DNA of 64,000 bases from the human T2T-CHM13v2.0 reference genome, Homo sapiens: NCBI RefSeq assembly GCF_009914755.1, contig NC_060929.1. The stretch is one strand, 5' to 3'. Shown piece by piece: positions 52,298 to 64,000 of this stretch. The notes below the pieces were generated by a model. It saw only the letters and a program-made list of their open reading frames with translations, was not told the origin of the DNA and ran no database searches. How positions within the stretch are numbered: position 1 is the stretch's first letter; each line of letters begins with the position of its first letter. Made by a program: the position numbers and the translations under genes.

Positions 52298-53179
52298 TCC
52301 CCGGTGTAAACCCCTGAAACAGACGGAAATGGTCATCTGGTCCTCGGGTGGGCTCGTTCAGTGATAGACATTCACACTGCCGCAGCTCTTTTCTTAGGGT
52401 TTGGTTTTCACTGGCCAACTCAATTATCCTTTAGTTAACTTTAAACCTGCCTTCATGTAACGCCCACCAATTCTTCCTTCATGAGATAGGAAAGCAGTCA
52501 CTGGCATGTTCCAGGGTCTGCTTCCCTAGAAGGTGGCCAGGGAGCAAAGTTGGATGTGATTTACGAGTGACCATTCCAGGATCAGCCACAGTCACAATGG
52601 GAAATAAACCATTAACCTATTTCCAGTGAAAAGGGACTCAGAATTTTACTTTTGTCTTTGGAAGAATAGAAATATAATTGGTCCTTCTGAATTAGATCAT
52701 CTGGTCCTCAACAATGTTAATAGTTCATACCGCCTCCCTTGGGTCTCTCTTAGGTTTGGTGGAGGAAGATTTAAGAATAAAATGAACAATTCAGTTGTGC
52801 CTAGATCAGGCACAGTAAACTCCTCGTGCAGCTGCCTATGGTTTGGCCCCAAAGGAGCAACTTCTGAAAAACGATGGAAGGAATGCTTGGGTTTTGCTTG
52901 ACTTCATTCATAAATGAAGACATTCCCACCCATTGTCTTGGGTTCCCGTTACTTATTTATGTAATGTTTAAAGGTGGCCAGACATATCGATAAATACATA
53001 CTGGCTCAGGCTGACTTTCCGTAAGAGGAAGTGTGGTGGGGAGGAGGAAGAGGGGCAGACTCACTAGCACGAAATCACCCTGAAACCTCCTCAGCCACTT
53101 CCTAAGAAGATGCACTGAATCCACATGTGCTGTGTTCTCACCCATAGGTACATACAACACGGCTCATGCCACATGCTCC

Positions 53180-53531
53180 TTGCTGTTTGTTCAGTCAGTA
53201 ACTGTTGAGAGCTAGGGTGTGCCAGGCACTAAGATAGGCAGGGAGGACAGGGTTACAAACAAAACGCATAAATAAATGTAATGCTGTGTAATACTCACAC
53301 AGTGCTTCCAGGCGCCAGGCATTCTCCCAAGCACCTTACGGATTTCAACTCACTTGATCCTTGCAACGACTCTATAAAAAGGGGACTGTGGCACAGAAAG
53401 AGTCAAGTAATATGTCCAAAGCCACATATCTCATCAAAGATGGAGCCTACAATTTAGTAGAGTGGCTTTTAAATGTATTTGATCTCTTACCCAGAGTTAG
53501 AATAGCTTTTACATCATGATTCGGTATACAG

Positions 53532-53568
<37 letters not shown>

Positions 53569-54135
53569 TGCACAATTAAATACATATATCTGGAATTAAA
53601 GTGTCACCAACAATATGTATTTTACTACGTGCAGTGTACTGTCATATTTTCTATGCTCTTAACAATGTATTCTAATGTTATTAAAAGTATCTGTCCCCAT
53701 TCACTAAACTGATGTCATGAGTCCCTCCTCAGTAAGTCACAAACAGAGAGTTTAAAAATCACTAATTTTGTGGTAGGATCCTGGAGGGACATTAAAGGGA
53801 TGGTCACAAAACAACTGTAATTTTTTAAGTGTGATATAGAAGCTCCAAGGACGGGGGTGGGAGTGGGAAAAAGAGAGGTCCCTCTGAGCCTAGGAATAAA
53901 AGGCAGGAGTGACTGGTCTGGATAAAGCCTGGAAGAGCTTTCTAGGGTTCTGTGACCAGTAGGAAGGGCCTGTGCACAGGCTTTGGGAGAGGAAGGAACT
54001 TGGTCCAGTGAAGAAACAAGAGAAGGCCAGCATGGCTGGAGAGAGTGGGCAGCCGTAGTGGGGCATGGAATGAGGCAGGAGAAGGAGGCAGCCCCAGGTT
54101 ACAGGAGATTTTGAGGCCATGGTAGAGTCTGGCCC
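53180..54135 (-). mobile_element. Patchwork of L2 and MIR fragments
   Basis: 'tgtgccaggcactaagatagg', MIR 'cacttgatccttgcaacgactctata', L2 'tgcacaggctttgggagagg...gaaggccagcatggctggagag'. Confidence 0.55.
53533..53562. repeat. (CA)15 microsatellite
   Basis: Perfect CA run. Confidence 0.97.
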
Positions 54136-54567
54136 GGAGTGATGAGCTCCAGAAGCAAATCATTAGGGAAGGGTGTATAGACAAATGAGGAGGCGGCATT
54201 GAGATGATCCAATGGACCTTGCATTTGCTTTGTGCAGTACCAGTCATGCTTGGGCCTCTGTGCTGTGCTGTGTGTGGTAAGCACTGTGGGGGTCTCTCTG
54301 CTAGCAGCTGCACCCAGCCCCAAGCTGCTGAGTTTGGCAGCTGATGGGTCACAGCTGCCCTATTCTCTATTTATGGCCTTCTGCAGGACAGGGACTGTCT
54401 TGTCTTGGAGACCACATACCCCTCCTCCCTTAGCAGATAGGGCATCCAGCAGCCAATGGTCAACCACCATGGTGTCTCAAAGACTGGCCACCTAGCCTGA
54501 TGAAGGGTAACTGTGGTGCAATTTGTGGACCTGCTTCTAGGGAATCTAACTCAAAGCATGCATAATG

Positions 54568-54882
<315 letters not shown>

Positions 54883-55149
54883 ATGCATAAAGACTGATAA
54901 GGCTAGACGAGAATTTGGCCTAATGTTATGAACAGATATGATTTGGAATTTGATTAAAATGTGCTTTCTTTACCTGAATTTTACATTTCAACCAGTTCTG
55001 ACTTTTGCATTGTTACAGACCTAGGAAATTATTATTACTATTTCAGAGATACCAGAAATACCCTCTCTGTTTCCTAATGTTTTCTTAATAAACCCTCCCA
55101 TCACCACCCTGAATCCAAAATTCTCTCTACCATAGGGCCCTTCGCTACT

Positions 55150-57746
55150 TCCACCACCACTGTCTCCACCATCACCACCATCACCAACTTCATCACTACC
55201 GCTATCACCACCATCATTATCACCACCACCTCCACCATCACCTTCATTACCACCACTGCCTCCACCATCACCACTACCTCCACCAACACCACCACCATCA
55301 TCACCACCATCACCTCCACCGTCACCACCACCACCTTCACTACCACCACTACCTCCACCGTCACCACTACCTCCACCAACACCACCACCAGCATCATCAC
55401 CACCACCACCTCCACCGTCACCACCACCACCACCTTTGTTACCACCACTACCTCCACCAATACCACAACCAACGACCTCCACCATCACCACCATCACTAC
55501 CACCATCACCATTATCACCACCACCTCCATCATCACCACCAGCACCTTCATTACCACCACTACCACCACCATCACCACCACAACCTCCACCGTCACCACC
55601 ACCACCACCAATACCACCACCACAAGCACCAACTTCATTACCACCACCACCTCCACCACCACCACCACCACCACCTTCATTACCACCACTACCTCCACCA
55701 TCACCACTACCTCCACCACCTTCATTACCACCACTACCTCCACCATCACCACTACCTCCACCACCTTCATTACCACCACTACCTCCACCATCACCACTAC
55801 CTCCACCAACACCATCTTCATCACCACCACCACCATCATCACCACCCTACCACCACCTTCATCACCACCACCTCCACCATCACCATCAGCACCACCATCA
55901 CCACCACTACCTCCATCATCACCACTACCACCTCCACCATAACCAACACCACCACCACTGTCACCACCACCACCTCCATCATCACCACCACCACTACCAC
56001 CATCACCACCACCACCACCTTCATTACCAACACTACCTCTACCATCACCACCACTGCCTCCACCATCACCACTACCTCCACCAACACTGCCAACATGATC
56101 TTCATCACCACCACCATCATCACCACCACTACCACCACCTTCATCACCACCACCACCTCCACCATCACCATCACTACCTCCACCATCACAATCACCACCA
56201 CTGCCACCATCACCACCACTACCTCCACCACCACCACCACCACCACCTCCACCATCACCACCACCACCTCCACCATCACCACCACGACCTCCACCGTCAC
56301 CACCACCACCATCACCACCACGACCTCCACCGTCACCACCACTACCTCCACCACCCCCACCACTTCCACCATCAACACCACTACTTCCACCACCACCACC
56401 ACCACCTCCACCACCACCACTACCTCCACCACCACCATCACCACCACCACCACCACCACCACCATCACCACCACCTCCACCATCACCACCACCACCATCA
56501 CCACCACCACCACCATCACCACTACCTCCACCATCACCACCACCACCATCACCACCACCACCATCACCACCACGACCTCCACCGTCACCACCACTACCTC
56601 CACCACCCCCACCACTTCCACCATCAACACCACTACTTCCACCACCACCACCACCACCTCCACCACCACCACTACCTCCACCACCACCATCACCACCACC
56701 ACCACCACCACCACCATCACCACCACCTCCACCATCACCACCACCACCATCACCACCTCCACCACCACCACCACTACCTCCACCATCACCACCACTACTT
56801 CCACCACCACCACCACCACCTCCACCATCACCACCACCACCTCCACCATCACCACCACCACCTCCACCACCACCACCACCACCTCCACCATCACCACCAC
56901 CACCTCCACCACCACCACCACCACCTCCACCATCACCACCACCACCATCACCACCACCACCACCATCACCACCATCACCACCACCACCACCATCACCACC
57001 ATGACCACCATCGTCACCACCACTACCTCCACCACCCCCACCACCTCCACCGTCACCACCACTACTTCCACCATCACCACCACCACCTCCACCATCACCA
57101 CCACCACCTCCACCATCACCACCACCACCTCCACCATCACCACCACCACCTCCACCATCACCACCACCACCTCCACCACCACCACCACCACCTCCACCAT
57201 CACCACCACCACCTCCACCATCACCACCACCACCTCCACCATCACCACCACCACCTCCACCACCACCACCACCACCTCCACCATCACCACCACCACCTCC
57301 ACCACCACCACCACCACCTCCACCATCACCACCACCACCATCACCACCACCACCACCACCACCACCATCACCACCACCACCACCATCACCACCATGACCA
57401 CCATCGTCACCACCACTACCTCCACCACCCCCACCACCTCCACCGTCACCACCACTACTTCCACCACCACCACCACCACCTCCACCACCACCACCACCAC
57501 CTCCACCATCACCACCACCACCTCCACCATCACCACCACTACTTCCACCACCACCACCACCACCTCCACCATCACCACCACCACCATCACCACCACCACC
57601 ATCAGCACCACCACTACCTCCACCATCACCAACACCACTTCATCACCACCACCACCACCATCACCACTACCTCCACTATCACTACCATCATTACCACCAC
57701 CACCACCACCATCACCACCACCACCTGTACCACAATCACCACCATC
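55150..57746. repeat. About 2.6 kb degenerate (ACC)n triplet array / VNTR
   Basis: ACC with ATC/TCC/ACT/GTC variants; recurrent 21-bp unit ACCACCACCACCTCCACCATC. Confidence 0.99.
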
Positions 57747-58062
57747 TTGCTGATTGGTCTTCATCCAACAGAAGGCATGTTGATTTTTCTCTCAAGGCCT
57801 CACATTAAGAGACTCAGAGAATGACCTGTGATATGATATAATTTCAGGGCTGGGTGACTAAGTCTGAGCCAGATGCAGGTGCATCAGTAAAGATCATATG
57901 CTCTACAGAAAGGGAGATGACCTCACAGATGCAGAGAGAAGCTAAGACTCACAGCGGCTACGACCTCAGAAAGGAAAAGAATGTTGTGGTTCTTGGTTCC
58001 TGATAGGCCCCTCAAGGCTGAACCTCCTCACATGTTGGAGCTTTAAAGATACAGCTGTATCA

Positions 58063-58427
<365 letters not shown>

Positions 58428-59672
58428 TCAAATCAAAATAATCATAGCATATTATTAAAACATTATGAAAATATGTAGAGATATTAAATTTATTTGAGAT
58501 ATAAGCTTATGTAGCAATATTTACATGGACATCACCCTTGCTTCCTATATCCAAACCAGAAAATTCATAGAGTTGACTTAATCAAAAATACAGAATTTAA
58601 ATCTTCATCTATTATCTTCGAAGTAAGGGATTAAGGAAGAATAATCCTATGATTCCCTCTCTTTACTAATTTATAGTATATTGCATGATGAACACATTTG
58701 ACTCTCAAGTCAACAAGGAATGAAAGAGATTAAGCAATTTCATTAGTTATCTAACTCTAAAATGAATGATGTATTTATAATGATTCAGGATGCTGATACA
58801 GTGCAAACATGTTCTTACTGCAGCCAAAGCTGAATTGGCTGGGGAGAAATTGGGGATGATCATGAGTAAAATATTTCTTCCTTCATACTTAAAGACGACA
58901 GAGAAAGAGACAACACTGTAAAGGCAGCAAGATCATCATCTGGCACTTAACAAAGCTGAAAAGGTTCAGCTGCTGCTTCCAGCAGAACTCAAAATGAAGA
59001 AGTTATTTGTATCTTATTTTTCTTTAGCTCTTTTTACCCTATACCATACAGAGGTGTTGGCCACAGGGGAATGTCCAATGAATCATCTTGTTATGTTGCA
59101 GAACACAGAGGGCTTCTCTAGATTTTTTTTTAATGGTTTTTGAGAAATAAAAGAGCGATATTCCTGACTCTTTCATTACTTCCTCACTGAGAGAGTTAAC
59201 ACATTTAATTTCTGCTTGACAGCTGGGCATGGATTAAGCGTGTTAAGCAGGTAATCCCTTATCTTTCAAACCTAGAGATTTCCCCAATGGCATCTCAAAG
59301 ATGTGCTTACAAGGCAATGTATATTTCGTTAGTTACTTACTGAACTGGAACTTGGTTTCCCGAAGGCTGTTACCAGGTGTTTTACCAGGTGACCCATGTC
59401 AAAAATGACTTATTTCTCATTAATTCAAAATAAGCACTTGAAGCAATGCCCTGATATGTTTAAATGATGTGTTTATATTGGCATAAATAATGCATATATT
59501 CTTGTTATTGTTTCTAGTCCTTGACTTAACATCAGAATGCTTTCTTTATTTTTTTTGAAGATTTTAAAAATATATTATAAATGGAACACAGTCATTTCAG
59601 AAAATGTGGAAAGTAAAAAAAAAAATTGTATGCATAAGTCACCAATTCTTCCACCATCCACAGTTTATCACT

Positions 59673-59973
<301 letters not shown>

Positions 59974-61144
59974 CACAGTTTATCACTGATAAGGTTTCCT
60001 TGTGTGCTTACCTTAAACATTTGAAATAATGAGTGATCAATATTTTAACTATTCATTTAATACTATAGAATAATTTTCCCAACTTTTTTGAAAACATGAA
60101 CATTAAGGATAGCTTAGCTTAAGTGCTCAATCTCATACTGTCCTTTTAGATACTGAGTAACCCCTAAATGTGTGTACTTTGATCGCACTTGTACAAATTT
60201 CAGCAATCGCGCTGATTTCAGTAGATATATTATATGAATCATGTGAATAAAATTCAGTGATATCTTCACCAAGCAGAAAACGATGTCCTCTGGCCTCCTA
60301 CAGTTCCTAGGATACCTGCCTCAAGCCAGCTCACCCATCCGCGGCACCACTAAATATCTAACGTCCTGAAATACCGATTCCTATGGAAACCTCACCAAAT
60401 GGACAGTGAAATGGGAGGATGATTAATGAAAGATTTTACTTCTCTGATGCCTGAGATTTTCTAAACACATTTCCTCTGTTGTTTGTCCTAGAGTGAATTC
60501 TTTTAGTGTCTGAGACTACATTGATTTATGTGGCTGATGTAAACAGGCACACACATCCAATTCTGAGTCTCTTTCAGGAAATATTACAAAATGTATACTA
60601 CATTCCTCGTCTCATAGATGTAGCTTGATATTTTTTATTTCTAGTTTTATTATAGTAGCATTTCTCCATTAGCCTTCAGCAGGAAATGACAGTGTACTTT
60701 TAAAATAACTTTATGTGTTAAAAGGATTTGGGTCGAGATAATTTAGAATTAAGAAGGAATAAACGTATTTTGTAAATGCAATGTTCCAAAAGCCGTCTTT
60801 GGATCCCAGCCTAAAAGACTCTGATTCTTATCACAAGCACTCTTTTTTCTTTCTTTCCTTTCTTTCTTTCTTTTTTTTTTCAATCCTGAGATAATAGCTT
60901 TCCATCTTGCTGGTCTTGGGATGCAGGTTCTACCAACTTTCAAGACAGGGTTCCATAATAGAGTTCGTTTGAAATATTCAGGGCAATGACCCTGCAAGGC
61001 CAGTAATAACTGGCCTGTGTCCTCCTTGCCCTGCAGACGATGTGGCTGGATACATCAGAAAGATAGCTTCAAGTGCATGAGCCTGCCTGGCTCATTCTCT
61101 ATATTTCTCTGATAAGGATGGGGCAGAAGAGGAAGTCAGATCAA

Positions 61145-61330
61145 CAAAACCTACTTTTGTCAGGTCATGAGCTACTGCTAGATGCTTCATGTACCCATGA
61201 ACTTACTTTATCAAACACTCCCACTTATAATTGAGGTTCAGAGAAGTTAAGATATGGCCCCAGGCCATTACAAAGAGTGGAGCAGCATCAGGGCTGAGTC
61301 CATGTGCTTAACTCTAAGCCCAGGACCTTC
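61145..61330 (-). mobile_element. MIR SINE (degraded)
   Basis: 'attgaggttcagagaagttaagatatggccccaggcc' antisense MIR. Confidence 0.65.
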
Positions 61331-64000
61331 CATTCTTCCATCCCTCCTCTCCAAGGTCACAGTACCCAACCCCTGCAACCTGCCATGGCCTCCTCCCTTG
61401 CCTGTTAATTCTTCTTTCCTTGAGCTCTTCACTTGCAGCTCTCCCACTTGGACCACCCTTCTCCGTGTGAATGCACGTTCTCTCCAACACCTTTACGTTT
61501 AGTTTTGTGTCAGCTTCTCTTTCAGTCTTGCCCAGCTCTCTCAGAGTGTTTCCACTTTCTATTGCCTTCTCTTTTTATTTCCCTTTCTCCCTTCAGAATA
61601 CTATTCTTCTGAAAGAGCAAAATTAGTTCCATCAGCAACAAAGTGTAAGAACAGTATTATCAATAATATAATGACGTTAAAAATATCCTCAATCAGGCTG
61701 ACACTTGAATCCTCCTTTAGGAGTCCCTGGAGGGCTCTTGACCCGGGCACAAAGGCAATGCTTCAGACCTCTGAGGAACTTTTCCACAAGATGGGGTTTG
61801 AGATGGGGCAGGTGACAAGAACTTCTTGGGGGAGAGAAATAAGGAAGAGAGAAAAGAGAGGAAATAAATGCACAGCTTTAAGTTTAACTTCCTCTTCGCT
61901 TTCTCTCTGCCTCACATTGGCACTCATCCAGGGCTTGTTCTCTTCCTAGAATTGGGGGGTGACCTTCTCCCATCTCCTAATCACTGTCATCTCCCTGCCT
62001 TCTTGCAAAATTTTCTTTTCTCCCCAGTTGTCAGTAGTTCTATGCAAATTCTTCTCAGGAAACAATGGTTACGTATATACACTGCAGACACAAAAATATT
62101 GGCCAGACACATGCAGAGTGTAGCCCTATTAAGAAAGGGCACTATTCAAATATCTTGCAGAAAATCTAGCTAGTAAATGTTCACTGATGATCATGTTTCA
62201 TGAAATAGAATGACTGGTGAGCTGAGTGCTGCATCTGCCTGGATAGCCTCTTGTCTCACTCAGCCATGGGGCATCTTTCTCGCTCCCCATTGGTGGCTTT
62301 CAAGAATCATGTTCTTTTCCATCATTTCAGGGCTGATATTAGTCCACAAATAACTCAGTCAGAACTGAGCACTAACACTGCAGGCCCAAGTTTATGAAGA
62401 CACAAGAGTAAGTTCTGACCCACAATTGGGATGATATCTTATGGGAGGCTCCGTGGTTCAGATCAAAGTGCAAATAAGACAAGTTTCATCTCATTTCATC
62501 CCATTTTCATAACATTGTAAATTCATATCTTAATAACTTCAGACAATTTTCTCAAATATGTATTATCTTAGTCATAAAGGGAACAATGAAAACATGTTAC
62601 TGGATTTGACACAGAAAAACAAATCTAAGTAACTGCACCATTAGTGATAGGTTACATACAAAGAGAGACACTGTTCATTTTCTAATAAAGTGTAGCAATT
62701 CGTATTTCCTTAATTGGACACTTTCCAGGTTCTCTGTTTTTCCTAAGTTAGGTTATGCAACTAAACCCACCACTCCACAGAGATGAATTATAATCATTTT
62801 AATAGGGGAGTATACGCTGACCTTGGAGTTCTCTAAATTGCTCAAAGTGAACAGGAAGTAATTATAATGGGCTGCAAGTACACTCAGGGAACTTACAAAA
62901 TGCTGTTGAAAACTCACACTATAGCTATTATATGATAAGATATACTGCTTGGTCCTTCAAACTTCAAACTTCTATCAAATTAACAAATAACATTCTTTAA
63001 AGAAGAACATCAGGAAGATAGTTCATGTATGATTTAGGTAAACATTATCAAATGCCTGTACACAAACGCACACAAAAATTGTGGCACAACATATGGGATG
63101 AGTAAATAAAACCACAGAGGAAATGCGTGCCTACGTTCACACCTGCCATTTTGTGGGAGGTCTTCAACGAAAATGATCACCAAAGAACTACCTGGAAGAG
63201 CCCTGAGAACATTGTTCCTCCTCTCAGGAATGAGTGGGGAAGCTCAGTATTGTGTGTAAGCTCCTCTTCCAAGGAAGAGTCATGAATGGACAGCCGCGGA
63301 CACTCATTCTGGTTCACCATGTGTCTATGTTCCACTGGAGGATCCGTGGCCTCAGGGGCATCTGGGCAGCATTCAGGATGGGAGGGGGCGGCTCTGTGTC
63401 CCAGGAAAGGAAGAGGTAGAGGCCTTTAGAGTTTGCTGTACCTGGGGCTTATGTGAAGCGCGTTCTCCCACTCACAGCCTCTAGCTGACCTAGGTTTCTG
63501 AGGCTCCCAAAACAAAACCCCTGGAAAGAATGGGGCCCTATCTTCAGGATTCTGAGATTCTGGAAGGTAACCATACTGAGGTGGAGAAGAGGCATGGGTA
63601 GGAAAGAGAATAAATCAGAAAGTGAGAGAAATACTCCATAGGATTGGAGTTTAATGAATTGTGGTATGCACTTGCTAGAGTATTTTGCCTATTTAATTTT
63701 GACTAGAGACCTATAACTTTATTATGTGAATAACTTATACTTTAAGCCATTACCTAGCACAGCTAAATTAAATATTTATTTCAAGATGAGATTTGTTGGA
63801 TGAATATTTAATGATAGGAGCTTTATTACTGAAAATTGTTATTATGTCATTTTTGATCAACACTGATCTTTTAGCTTTGTATCTATTACTTTTTCATTTA
63901 TTTTGGTATCTATAAGAAAGATGTATTTTATTTTTATTTTCACACATTGCGTATTAAACTGAACATTTTATTTGTTCCTACTGTCTATTTTTTATTTTCG

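Noticed and set aside
55021-55942. Val/Gly-rich and Thr/Pro-rich ORFs
   Set aside because: Alternative frames of the same triplet array
55150-57746. CRISPR-like or telomeric array
   Set aside because: No constant repeat with unique spacers, no TTAGGG; eukaryotic simple repeat
56095-57753. Mucin-like 552-aa Thr-rich CDS
   Set aside because: No signal peptide, flanking domains or partner exons; ACC repeats are stop-free by composition

Overview
Primate (human-like) non-coding genomic DNA, intergenic or deep intronic. No protein-coding exon, RNA gene or CpG island is recognisable, and nearly all ORF-track entries are chance or repeat-derived. The window is a mosaic of transposon fossils: 10 Alus (J, S and Y types, most with readable TSDs), old L1M/L2/MIR fragments, many solo LTRs (MLT1, MLT2, MST, THE1, MER74, LTR16, LTR9, LTR14B, MER4A), a complete THE1A provirus whose internal ORF is almost intact, a full-length Tigger4/Zombi DNA transposon and several hAT/Tigger MITEs. 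The most unusual element is a ~2.6 kb degenerate (ACC)n array with higher-order duplications, stop-free frames on both strands and many matches to the PRDM9 13-mer. I found no convincing previously undescribed biological system. The findings are structural oddities and testable candidates. Repeat subfamily names come from recalled consensus sequences and need RepeatMasker/Dfam confirmation. Boundaries without a TSD are approximate.
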